Source of the DNA: a virus | Virus record (IMG/VR): IMGVR_UViG_3300035698_018475 | Location: 60,323-124,322 of that record | DNA: 64,000 nt | Direction: 5' to 3' (one strand) | In this document: positions 39,398 to 48,140 of the stretch, piece by piece | Position numbering within the stretch: the stretch's first letter is position 1 | Layout: every line of letters starts with the position of its first letter | Made by a program: the position numbers and the translations under genes | The notes under the pieces: generated by a model | Told to the model about the DNA's origin: nothing | Seen by the model: only the letters and a program-made list of their open reading frames with translations | The model's database searches: none

Positions 39398-39623
39398 TGG
39401 TGTTTCCTTTGTCTGGATTGTGTATGAAGATTCTACCCATGAAATTCTTGGCCACTAGTTTACCTTGACCAATTCTATTATATATAGTAGCTACTGATAC
39501 CTTCTCTTGTTTAGCTACGAGTGCTGCAGGTACCCACATGGGAGTACCATAGATATTAGATTCAGCCAGATCTGCTTGTTCTAGAACTGGTAGAGTATCA
39601 ACCAAACGTTTTTTTCTTGCCAT
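39366..39623 (-). CDS. Excisionase/MerR-like HTH DNA-binding protein
   Basis: VAKQEKVSVATIYNRIGQGKL. Confidence 0.65.
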   Translation of the reverse strand: MARKKRLVDTLPVLEQADLAESNIYGTPMWVPAALVAKQEKVSVATIYNRIGQGKLVAKNFMGRIFIHNPDKGNTNAPRRKNSTE

Positions 39624-39646
39624 TACTTATTCCTTTCGATTCTTGT

Positions 39647-39675
39647 ATAATAAATTAGACTTTTATAAAAATCAA
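39647..39675 (-). promoter_or_regulatory. sigma70-type promoter with internal palindrome
   Basis: TTGATT-17-TATTAT; spacer carries ACTTTTATAAAAAT (13/14 palindrome). Confidence 0.6.
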
Positions 39676-39695
39676 ACATAAAATTTATTTTTTAT

Positions 39696-40178
39696 TCAAT
39701 AGGTGGGGGAACTTAATATTAGGTTTTTAGATATTACTTCTTTTGAAATAAAGAATTCATATAGTTCATACGATTCAGCAGAGTTCAAGTAAATCACTTC
39801 CTTAGTATGATCTGGCATCCAATCAATGATGTATCCCGGACTATGTAAGAAGTGGAATCTAATCTTTTCACAAGATACCATCCCTCGGTTTTTCTTCGAT
39901 CTTTTGATTAGAGTCAGTATTTTATCTATATCTTGTTGATCTCTAAAGGTTTTGTACATAGTCCATTGGTTGATGTCAAAGTCGTCCGGAGTACATATAT
40001 CAATCCGGGTGACTCTTGAAGTCTCATATTTGGACATAAGTTGTTGTAAAGATACTTCAGTATCCCATCTAGTATTACCCACTGGTGTGCCATCACAAGA
40101 GAATAATATGATACAAATTACAAGGATTGATCCTACCACTACTGCCACTGATATAAATCCTAAAATACGCCACAACAT
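39696..40178 (-). CDS. Membrane-anchored / lipoprotein-like hypothetical protein
   Basis: N-terminal hydrophobic helix ending in FSCDG. Confidence 0.55.
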   Translation of the reverse strand: MLWRILGFISVAVVVGSILVICIILFSCDGTPVGNTRWDTEVSLQQLMSKYETSRVTRIDICTPDDFDINQWTMYKTFRDQQDIDKILTLIKRSKKNRGMVSCEKIRFHFLHSPGYIIDWMPDHTKEVIYLNSAESYELYEFFISKEVISKNLILSSPTY

Positions 40179-40188
40179 AATTAGCTCC

Positions 40189-40464
40189 TTAACTGATTTT
40201 TATACCAAGTTCTTTGGCTTGTTTCTTAATTTCCGTCCAACCACAATCACATCGCTCGTCTACGTAACTGCCACTTCCTGATATCTCCGCATTGCATACG
40301 GGTCCGTGACCGCCCCGTTCTATCACCTCACTCAGTAGCTTGAGGGCGGCGTCGTTTTCATGTATAACTCTATCAGCTTCTGTTAGTATCCTATCCACAA
40401 AATTCCAAACTTTGTCATCGACTACATAAAATTTACCATCAATCGTTAAATAACTACTCATCAC
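40189..40464 (-). CDS. Hypothetical protein
   Basis: ORF with RBS in an operon. Confidence 0.5.
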   Translation of the reverse strand: MMSSYLTIDGKFYVVDDKVWNFVDRILTEADRVIHENDAALKLLSEVIERGGHGPVCNAEISGSGSYVDERCDCGWTEIKKQAKELGIKIS

Positions 40465-40471
40465 TCGTCCC

Positions 40472-42013
40472 TTACTTTGTTATACGTATTAGTTTTGAAT
40501 GTATTCCATAAGTACGAAATTTGTTTCCCGTTATATACCCATTTACTATATTTGTTGTTGCATAAGAGAATGCATTAAATACTGTATGAGCTTTCATCAA
40601 ATCGAAATAATACAAATATAACCACTGGGTCGATCCTTCCATGAAGTTACCGGGATATACCGGCTCCTTCCAGCCAATAAAGATCCCCCACTGGGTATCC
40701 CATAATCCAAGTGCATAAGCATAGTCAGTGTGAAGAGCAGAGTTACAGGCATCTATTTGAACATATTTGAATTTCTGTGTTTTCCAAATATCAAGAGAGG
40801 TCAAGAAGTAACCTTTATCCTCCCACTTTCCGGGGAGGTCGTCCCCTCCTGGTGGAGTCATGCTACCTGGGTGAGAGAATAGTCTTCCATCTTCTACTTC
40901 AATATAAGTTCTTTGAATATCTTGTACATGATAACTCCCATGTCCATGATGTATCCAAACTTTTGTCTTCGGACCAGATAAACAAGATAAAAGATTATCC
41001 CCTGTCAAGTGTTCATCATATAGTGTTATAAGATCATAGCCAAAACTTTTTAAGAGTGCTCTCTCTTTGAGTATAGTCTTAAATCTTGCTCTACCTACTT
41101 TGCTATTTTGTACACTCATAACTGCTTCTAAACTATTCATCTTACTTGCAGTTAGATTAGGTTTCTCCGAGCATACCTTTTCCCAATATTCTAACAAAAT
41201 ATCATTAGAACACATGGGTATATTAGGATCAGGTACATTAGGATCAGGTACATTAGGATCTACAACTTCAAAAAATTGTATTCGATAAAACCCTTCCATT
41301 GGAATACATGGATCTGAGATAGTTATTTCTATATCACCGCTATCATATTCTTGAGATTCCCAAAGGATAATATCATTTTCCCACTCATCCATATCTACTA
41401 TACGAAACTTTGCTTTATTATTTCCTATATAAGTAGTTATTATCTCAAAGTATTCTTCATAAGTATTACTAACGACGGTCTGATGAAATTTGTTATTGAA
41501 GTGGACAAATATAGATTGGGTTGCTATTACTCTGTCAAAAGTATTATAACAAATGACAGTTAAAATATGTTCTCCATTAGTATATAGGACAGATTCTAAT
41601 ATGCAAGAACTATCTATACCATCTCCTATATGAAGAGGTATATTATCTACGTGTATTTCATCTAATAGAAGATGGACGGTATCTACTCTTTCCTGATCAA
41701 TATCTTCAATCCAAATCTGTACATCTCCACTTATTGTATCAATAGGCTGATTAAGTTTGATATTAAATGGTAGGTTTATATTTAGATCTAAAAGATTCAC
41801 TATGCCATCTTCATTAAGATCATATATAGCACAGGTCGGACTATTCGGATCCAGGTAAATAGGTTGTTCTCTATCTTGAAGCCAACATCTTGAAAAAGGT
41901 AAGAAATCTTCAAAAGTAAGATTTTGTCCTTCTACTAGATTACAGGCAAAGAGTAGATAAAAGGCTAGGACTAAGAACAAAATTCTTTTTCTCTGTCTTT
42001 TATTAACCATCAT
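40472..42013 (-). CDS. Secreted multidomain protein: signal peptide, dockerin/EF-hand-like motif, Ig-like domain, DPN repeats, caspase/gingipain-like C-terminal domain
   Basis: FEDFLPFSRCWL...DLNEDGIVNLLDL; DPNVPDPNVPDPN; HGHG and DAC putative His/Cys dyad. Confidence 0.55.
   Translation of the reverse strand: MMVNKRQRKRILFLVLAFYLLFACNLVEGQNLTFEDFLPFSRCWLQDREQPIYLDPNSPTCAIYDLNEDGIVNLLDLNINLPFNIKLNQPIDTISGDVQIWIEDIDQERVDTVHLLLDEIHVDNIPLHIGDGIDSSCILESVLYTNGEHILTVICYNTFDRVIATQSIFVHFNNKFHQTVVSNTYEEYFEIITTYIGNNKAKFRIVDMDEWENDIILWESQEYDSGDIEITISDPCIPMEGFYRIQFFEVVDPNVPDPNVPDPNIPMCSNDILLEYWEKVCSEKPNLTASKMNSLEAVMSVQNSKVGRARFKTILKERALLKSFGYDLITLYDEHLTGDNLLSCLSGPKTKVWIHHGHGSYHVQDIQRTYIEVEDGRLFSHPGSMTPPGGDDLPGKWEDKGYFLTSLDIWKTQKFKYVQIDACNSALHTDYAYALGLWDTQWGIFIGWKEPVYPGNFMEGSTQWLYLYYFDLMKAHTVFNAFSYATTNIVNGYITGNKFRTYGIHSKLIRITK
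41222..41260. repeat. 15-bp tandem repeat x2.6 encoding DPNVP
   Basis: ATTAGGATCAGGTAC units. Confidence 0.9.
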
Positions 42014-42036
42014 TTGATCTCCTATCTATGTAGTAT

Positions 42037-42064
42037 ATTATAGCTCTAATTTTATAAAAGTCAA
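42037..42064 (-). promoter_or_regulatory. sigma70-type promoter with internal palindrome
   Basis: TTGACT-16-TATAAT; AATTTTATAAAAGT. Confidence 0.7.
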
Positions 42065-42070
42065 GTCTGG

Positions 42071-43849
42071 TTAGTGGATAATTCTTCGTCTTTTTGGTCT
42101 TTTTTCCTCTTTATTATCTCTTGCTACCTTTCTTTTAATCATACGTACTGCCTTTGCATCGTCTTCACTTAAAGATCTGTTCCATTTATTTTTTAACTTC
42201 CACCATTCAACAGCGGACCAAATCTTATCTTTGTCTACCTTTAATTGATCCGATATGAGTCTTACTAACCCTTTTTCTCTCTCTAACTCTTCTAGTCTCA
42301 TCCTTTTTATATTCTTTAATATAGAAAGAACCTCTAAATAATTTCCCCTATCTATCCTACTATTGACATAGTAATCTATATCCTCTAACTCTATCTGATC
42401 ATAATTAAGAACAAACCAGTAATCGGCCCCTATCCAAAACGTCACCCTCTTCTTCCTATCATAACTATCATCATAACGACGCCAAACTGAATCACCTGGC
42501 ATGTATAAAAAGCCAAACTTATCATCTTCTTGCTTCGAGATAGTATATATCCCTTTACCAGGAGAGGAAAGGAATCTATATTGATAGGCTACATAAGAGC
42601 CTATTGATCCAGATCTTAATTCATCACACCAACCATAAGGCAAACCACAAAAGTAGATCCTAGAACCTATCTTGATCTTACTATTGGTCTTCTCGTGCCA
42701 ATCCTTATATAGTAACGTCCCATCAGATAAACTTGGCTCATCATCCCTAATCAATTTTATACGATCCTGATAAGTAGAAGGATCCGCTAACTGAATTCCG
42801 AAAGGTTTAGGATCTAAAATAGCTGTTCTATCTAACAGACCCTGCAACATTATCATCTGCTTCTTATACTCCATCTCCTCTTCTTCAACACGTTCTAGAC
42901 CACCAAACCTATCACTTTTTATCTTTTCAAATTCATCATTAGAAGGGAATAATCTATGACCTATAGATATGTCACTCCATATACGATACACATTATTACC
43001 ATTTCTTATCAAAATATATGTACAATGATTCTCCATATTATTAAAGCAATTGAGAATAGCTTCCCCATAATCTTTATCCTTCCTCCTTATCCTCATACAT
43101 ACAATCCCTTTCTTCTCAGGGAGGATCTTTCCCATATTCTCCCCTGATAATAACCATTCATCAAACTTATGCACCCCCCTAAAATCTAAACCTTGATCTT
43201 CAACAACACCTACCTCCTCATCCATATATAGTCTCTGCTGATGTATACAAATAGGCTCTGACTCTTCACATGCAACCCCTTCTTGTATTTGAACAATCTC
43301 TTCCTCTATTCCTAAATACAATTCTATAATGCCTATAACTTTACATACCTTCTCCATCTTCTCCTTCTGCTCATGCAAGACAGAAAGCAAAGCATTACTC
43401 TTCCTTTCTAATAATGCTCTCATGATATTATACCGATCCATCCTACTTTGTATATCACCTTTTACTCTTTCCAATTGACCAGGATCGGCTCGTACAGCTA
43501 ATGCCGTTTCATCTACTTCCTCTTCTACACTCTCCTCTTCTTCATCAAACTCACCAATCTTTTGGAAAGTAGATTTTTCAAATTGGTCTACAAAAGAGTC
43601 GAAGTCCTCTTTCTTTTTTATATGACCTATAACAACAAATCTTTCCTGAAATTCCTCAAATTCAATCTTACCATAGGTACTCCAACCTTCTTCATACTCA
43701 ACTATCAGATGTATAGTTTTTCTTACACTTTTAACCAAAAAGATACTTCCCCTTGATATTTCTATAACCACATCATTAGACTTAGGAAGATTACTCTTGT
43801 CTATTGATAACGAAGACTTAGCTTTACTTATTTTAGTCTTACCTGACAT
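42071..43849 (-). CDS. Large hypothetical protein with acidic linker and coiled coil
   Basis: 592-aa ORF; no recognised motif. Confidence 0.6.
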   Translation of the reverse strand: MSGKTKISKAKSSLSIDKSNLPKSNDVVIEISRGSIFLVKSVRKTIHLIVEYEEGWSTYGKIEFEEFQERFVVIGHIKKKEDFDSFVDQFEKSTFQKIGEFDEEEESVEEEVDETALAVRADPGQLERVKGDIQSRMDRYNIMRALLERKSNALLSVLHEQKEKMEKVCKVIGIIELYLGIEEEIVQIQEGVACEESEPICIHQQRLYMDEEVGVVEDQGLDFRGVHKFDEWLLSGENMGKILPEKKGIVCMRIRRKDKDYGEAILNCFNNMENHCTYILIRNGNNVYRIWSDISIGHRLFPSNDEFEKIKSDRFGGLERVEEEEMEYKKQMIMLQGLLDRTAILDPKPFGIQLADPSTYQDRIKLIRDDEPSLSDGTLLYKDWHEKTNSKIKIGSRIYFCGLPYGWCDELRSGSIGSYVAYQYRFLSSPGKGIYTISKQEDDKFGFLYMPGDSVWRRYDDSYDRKKRVTFWIGADYWFVLNYDQIELEDIDYYVNSRIDRGNYLEVLSILKNIKRMRLEELEREKGLVRLISDQLKVDKDKIWSAVEWWKLKNKWNRSLSEDDAKAVRMIKRKVARDNKEEKRPKRRRIIH

Positions 43850-43867
43850 TACTTTTCTCTATCTTAT

Positions 43868-44062
43868 TTACAATACAGCTCCTGTATTTTTATCTACAAT
43901 GGTATAACCTAATTGGTTAATAATCTTTAAGTGTTCTGGGGTAAACTCTTCCTTTCCAATTAAGTTCGATAGTAATTGGGATTGTTTACAGACGGGAGTT
44001 ACCAAATATATTCCAAACTCTCTTCTGGCATGAACTTTGATTTTCATATCATTTTGGGGCAT
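43868..44062 (-). CDS. Hypothetical protein
   Basis: GAGGAG RBS; ...IYLVTPVCKQSQLLSNLIG. Confidence 0.55.
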   Translation of the reverse strand: MPQNDMKIKVHARREFGIYLVTPVCKQSQLLSNLIGKEEFTPEHLKIINQLGYTIVDKNTGAVL

Positions 44063-44489
44063 TCTTTCTTCTCCTCTTTTTTTGTACATATCGGGTAAAG
44101 GAAATCCTACAGTGGGGTTTTCTATCTTTCATGAAATGGTTAAGATGATTCCACAGATCTTCCACATATCCTATCCAACCATCTACCTCATAAGGGGCTA
44201 GTAAAGGTTGGGCAACCTCCTTCTTTTCACCCACCGTTGAGAAGTCAGGAGGCAGTTCTATGAGTTCTTCTTTGTTCTCATATTGAGTGCCTACCAGATC
44301 TAAACCCCTGACTTCTAGTACGACATCCATATAACCTGTTCCGGTTAAGCACTTCATTAGATCTTCATGGGAAAGTTTGACCTGTACAAATTCTATATGA
44401 GCATCAGTATCTTCAATTCGTATCATCATATAGTTGGGTTCAGTATTACTTTGCACATTCCTAATTGTTAACTTACCTTTTAAGTCCAT
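44049..44489 (-). CDS. Hypothetical protein
   Basis: ORF with RBS. Confidence 0.55.
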   Translation of the reverse strand: MDLKGKLTIRNVQSNTEPNYMMIRIEDTDAHIEFVQVKLSHEDLMKCLTGTGYMDVVLEVRGLDLVGTQYENKEELIELPPDFSTVGEKKEVAQPLLAPYEVDGWIGYVEDLWNHLNHFMKDRKPHCRISFTRYVQKKRRRKNAPK

Positions 44490-44499
44490 GGTAACTCCT

Positions 44500-45060
44500 T
44501 TACTCTGTTCTATCCTCTAATCTAGCCAGGTCCTTTTTTACTCTTTTTTCCATAGTTGCGAGTTCATCTGCTCTTTGATCCAATTGTTTGAAGGTCCTAC
44601 TATCTCCAGACTCTCTTATTTCGACTCCCATGGATAGACCAATCACTTTACTTTCAAGTTGTTGTACTCCAAGAAGTTCATTAAGTCCCCTAGCAAAGTG
44701 ATAGCGTATTCTTGCAATAACTTTATCTGCCTCTATCAGACCAATATCGTACAGTATATATAATTGTTCATCTCCACCGGTTCTTACAAAGAGATGGTCC
44801 ATTCCATGCCGAACACAGTTCTTGGCTGTTGTCGCAGCTAATAAAAGAACAGCATCTCCTTTATGGTGCCCAAGAGTGTCATTAACAATTTTGAGATTGT
44901 CAACATCTACTCTAATGAAAGCCATGGGCACCTTTTGTTCATCCGCTTTGACAAACAGATGATGAACTAGACTCTTTGCATGGGATGGTACGGTCAATCC
45001 AGTAGTATCATCAGTAGTTAGTTTTTGCCATTGTTCTTCAGTTATTGTTTTTGTCTTCAT
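44500..45060 (-). CDS. Stand-alone GGDEF-domain protein (diguanylate cyclase-like)
   Basis: DDTTGL, DVDNLKIVNDTLGHHKGDAVL, RTGGDEQ, LSMG, RAD. Confidence 0.85.
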   Translation of the reverse strand: MKTKTITEEQWQKLTTDDTTGLTVPSHAKSLVHHLFVKADEQKVPMAFIRVDVDNLKIVNDTLGHHKGDAVLLLAATTAKNCVRHGMDHLFVRTGGDEQLYILYDIGLIEADKVIARIRYHFARGLNELLGVQQLESKVIGLSMGVEIRESGDSRTFKQLDQRADELATMEKRVKKDLARLEDRTE

Positions 45061-45085
45061 TACTTTTCTCCTTACTTCATATCTA

Positions 45086-45352
45086 TTATATCCTATGATT
45101 TTTTGGTAATGGTTGACTTTTTTTTATTCCATTTATCCACAACCAAGTTTTTATCTTGAAGATCCACCTGATAATTCTGGTTTTTGTGGTTCTTCTTAGT
45201 ACATAATACCTTTTACAGGTAGAACATCTTTTTATGGTATACAGATTTGAATAACTTTTTCCTTCTTGAAGTCCAGATCGCAAAACTTCTGCAATTTGCC
45301 TTGTATTAAAACTTACCCCATGCTTGCATTTTTTTACTAATCTAAAATTCAT
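45086..45352 (-). CDS. Hypothetical protein (CKH / CxxC motifs)
   Basis: ORF with RBS. Confidence 0.5.
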   Translation of the reverse strand: MNFRLVKKCKHGVSFNTRQIAEVLRSGLQEGKSYSNLYTIKRCSTCKRYYVLRRTTKTRIIRWIFKIKTWLWINGIKKSQPLPKNHRI

Positions 45353-45391
45353 ATCTATATCTCCTTATCCTTTAACCTTTCTACTTTCTCC

Positions 45392-45432
45392 TAAAATAAA
45401 TAACACCCACCCGGGCCGGAGGTGCCCGGGTG
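45392..45432 (-). terminator. Intrinsic terminator after the DUF932 gene
   Basis: Perfect 9-bp stem CACCCGGGC/GCCCGGGTG (45408-45432) followed on - by a T-rich tract. Confidence 0.75.
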
Positions 45433-45451
45433 AGCATTGGAGAAAAGAATA

Positions 45452-46432
45452 CTACCCACTGGTGGCAGTGAGTAGATTGTAAGCTTTTTGTCTCAACATC
45501 GCTCCACCTTTATACAGTATGGAGCCAAAACGAATATCCTCTGCTTTCTTACCTTTTTGTACCCGCGAACCACGGTTGTGGTCCACCCAGGTGGTCACAG
45601 CATTGAATGCAGCCCACTTTGTACCACGGAAAGCCTTTGTGGTTTTGTCTCCATGGTAGATATCCAAGATGTGCTGTCGGGTGTTCTTCCTCTTGGTGGA
45701 CTCTTCTTTACCCTCTTTATTGGGCATTAAGGTTATAGCAAACTTTTCCATCTCCTTATCGGTGAACTTGACTTCCAACAGTAACTTGTTGTACTGCTCT
45801 TCCATGTACTTATAGTACGCGTCGACCAATTTCAGGGCTTTCCTACACTCTTCCATCCGTTGGTCATAACTACCGGTATGACGAATGGTGAAGGTACCTG
45901 ATCGGTCCCGTAATGCGGCGGACATGGTATTATTGCATACCACTCGGATGGGAGTAATCTTGGTGTGAATCGCCATGCTACCATCATGCCCGGCGGCAAG
46001 GAGGAGGTACTTATTGATCTGATCATCTCCCACCATCATATCACCTTTCAACTTGATGGTGATGAAAACCTTCTCACCATCGAACAGTTGTCCTGCGGTA
46101 TGGTAGATTGCCTGGCCCTCGGCGATAACTCCATCGAGGAAATCAAAGAGTTTCTCATTCGGCACCGGATGATAATTGGGACCCACTACGCCCAGGATTT
46201 TGTTATCCGTGTCCCTTACCACTGCCTGCCTGCTGGTTACCTGCTGACCAACAACCTTGATCTTATCTACTTCCTTCTTTCCGGCGAGATACATTGGTTC
46301 GGTGTGGAGAGTCCAGTCCAGTCCTGCCAGTTTAATAGCAGCGGCTGCTGTCACTTCCTTTTCCACCTTGATTCCAATTCCATGCCAGGGTACTTCCCCA
46401 GCATACATCATGCTTTTCACATTCGCGGCCAT
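45452..46432 (-). CDS. DUF932/DUF945 family (TIGR03299-like) protein
   Basis: PWHGIG, AGLDW, TPIRVVCNNT, IRHT, WAAFNAVT motifs. Confidence 0.85.
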   Translation of the reverse strand: MAANVKSMMYAGEVPWHGIGIKVEKEVTAAAAIKLAGLDWTLHTEPMYLAGKKEVDKIKVVGQQVTSRQAVVRDTDNKILGVVGPNYHPVPNEKLFDFLDGVIAEGQAIYHTAGQLFDGEKVFITIKLKGDMMVGDDQINKYLLLAAGHDGSMAIHTKITPIRVVCNNTMSAALRDRSGTFTIRHTGSYDQRMEECRKALKLVDAYYKYMEEQYNKLLLEVKFTDKEMEKFAITLMPNKEGKEESTKRKNTRQHILDIYHGDKTTKAFRGTKWAAFNAVTTWVDHNRGSRVQKGKKAEDIRFGSILYKGGAMLRQKAYNLLTATSG

Positions 46433-46445
46433 TGTCTTTTTCTCC

Positions 46446-46538
46446 TTACTTTTTGAGTTTTGAATTTATTATTAAGGTTACGTTGACTATAATACATCCT
46501 GCAAATAGTCCAATAATAGCACATCAAAAGTCGCTCAT
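46446..46538 (-). pseudogene. 30-codon membrane micro-gene with an internal TGA at codon 5
   Basis: AAAGGAG RBS, MSDF*CAIIGLFAGCIIVNVTLIINSKLKK, stop overlaps the next RBS. Confidence 0.55.
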
Positions 46539-46593
46539 CCTTTTCTCCTTTACTTAGTCTGAGGTTTTAGTATTAGTATTAGTCTTCTTCTTA

Positions 46594-46830
46594 TTACTTA
46601 AGTATATTTTGAAAATCATCGGAAAAATATTGAAATTTACGTACCTTTTCCACATCTTGATCTGTACATTGGTAAGTACTGGGGTGGTTGGGAAAGTCCA
46701 CCATATAGAAGTGAACATTATTATTCACAATTATTATTTCCCCGATGGTTCCTTTAGGTATAGGCGTGGATTTCCCTAATAGAGGAAGATCTTTTACCAA
46801 CCTAACCTTGTCATGTTCCTTTAATTTCAT
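46594..46830 (-). CDS. DUF4926-like small SH3-fold protein
   Basis: KEHDKVRLVKDLP...PKGTIGEI...YMVDF. Confidence 0.6.
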   Translation of the reverse strand: MKLKEHDKVRLVKDLPLLGKSTPIPKGTIGEIIIVNNNVHFYMVDFPNHPSTYQCTDQDVEKVRKFQYFSDDFQNILK

Positions 46831-46877
46831 TTCTTTTCTCCTTACTTGTTTGAACTAATAACTTTTTCCATACCTTG

Positions 46878-46906
46878 ATTATAACCTATACTTTTATAAA
46901 AGTCAA
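46878..46906 (-). promoter_or_regulatory. sigma70-type promoter with perfect 14-bp palindrome
   Basis: TTGACT-17-TATAAT; ACTTTTATAAAAGT at 46890-46903. Confidence 0.8.
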
Positions 46907-46944
46907 GGTTATTTTTCCACTAAAATTATAAACTATAACTCCTT

Positions 46945-47160
46945 CTATCTATTGGTTTTAGATTGTTTTACCTCGTTTTTTGATTCTAGGTGATCAAATA
47001 ATTCTCCTATTGCCCATATATTATAAATAGGATGCACTTCTTTTACTTCATGAATTTCATCTATACCAAATTTCAAAACTTTTGCTACATTTAGGATAGC
47101 TGATTTTGTACCTTGTACATAATATGAACTTTTACCTACTCGTATTCTACAGGCTTCCAT
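46945..47160 (-). CDS. Hypothetical protein
   Basis: ORF with RBS. Confidence 0.5.
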   Translation of the reverse strand: MEACRIRVGKSSYYVQGTKSAILNVAKVLKFGIDEIHEVKEVHPIYNIWAIGELFDHLESKNEVKQSKTNR

Positions 47161-47176
47161 TTTTTGTCACCTTTCT

Positions 47177-47443
47177 TTAAGTACCTATCTTTACTTCATG
47201 TATTACCACTTCGCGTCCACAGAGATCGCATTTACCATCCTCATTCTTCTTACGGGAGGCTCCACAATATTTACACTCTCCCCACTCTTTTGCCCATTCT
47301 ATAGCTTCTTCTTTTGTTGTGAATCCGGTTGTTAAGTGGTCATCATAGGCTAGGAGTGTACCACGGGGGAAATCTGTTAGTTTCCCTTCTTGTAGGTAAC
47401 TGAATACTTCTCCGGTTTTTGCATTATGACACCATTTTTTCAT
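47177..47443 (-). CDS. Hypothetical protein with C-terminal CxxC...CxxC
   Basis: CKYC, CDLC. Confidence 0.55.
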   Translation of the reverse strand: MKKWCHNAKTGEVFSYLQEGKLTDFPRGTLLAYDDHLTTGFTTKEEAIEWAKEWGECKYCGASRKKNEDGKCDLCGREVVIHEVKIGT

Positions 47444-47456
47444 CTGCTATTTCTCC

Positions 47457-47600
47457 TCATTTACAATAGGGACAATGTTTATGGGGGCTAAATTTTTTAC
47501 AATCATCACAATAGGTCCAGTTCTTTGTGAAGAAAAGATCTATCCATTTTACAATGGAGTAAAGGAGGTACTGTAATCTTTTGAGCTTTTGGTATTTCAT
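47457..47600 (-). CDS. Small zinc-finger protein (47 aa), missed by the ORF track
   Basis: MKYQKLKRLQ...YCDDCKKFSPHKHCPYCK; AAGGA RBS. Confidence 0.55.
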   Translation of the reverse strand: MKYQKLKRLQYLLYSIVKWIDLFFTKNWTYCDDCKKFSPHKHCPYCK

Positions 47601-47609
47601 TTTGTTCCT

Positions 47610-47852
47610 TTAATCCAATTGTATCAACTCATCAAATTCAGGAGTACCTCGGTAGGCTTCACCGTCTTCTAGAACCATAAGACATTGTCTTAGAGAGTCC
47701 ACTGCTTTCCCTTTAAGTTCTTGTACAAATACCTTCTTAACTGCACACTCATAAGCATCGTAAGCGGACATGTTTTCTTCCATGCGGTGTAAAGTATTAT
47801 CATCAAAACCTAATTCCATAAACATTTGCTTTTCTTTCTCGAAAAACTTCAT
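47610..47852 (-). CDS. Hypothetical protein
   Basis: ORF with RBS. Confidence 0.5.
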   Translation of the reverse strand: MKFFEKEKQMFMELGFDDNTLHRMEENMSAYDAYECAVKKVFVQELKGKAVDSLRQCLMVLEDGEAYRGTPEFDELIQLD

Positions 47853-47863
47853 TCTTAGCTCCC

Positions 47864-48100
47864 TTAGAAGATTAGTTTGAATAATCCTTTAACAGTCCAC
47901 CACAGAAGTTTGAAGGATGTTTTTATCACCCAACTCGAGAGCTTCCATACTTGGTACAATAGGAATAAGAATATACCCAGGAGTACACCCTCATAGATCC
48001 TATCATGTCTTCTTATATCCTCTCTAAACCTCTCTTGGGTTTGATACTGTTTGTATCTAAACCAATCCCGGTCCGACATGTTTGCTGTTGGTACGTTCAT
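47864..48100 (-). CDS. Small membrane protein
   Basis: C-terminal hydrophobic/aromatic helix. Confidence 0.5.
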   Translation of the reverse strand: MNVPTANMSDRDWFRYKQYQTQERFREDIRRHDRIYEGVLLGIFLFLLYQVWKLSSWVIKTSFKLLWWTVKGLFKLIF

Positions 48101-48140
48101 TTCTTTTCTCCTTTTTACTCTTCTTTATAACCACTTAGTT

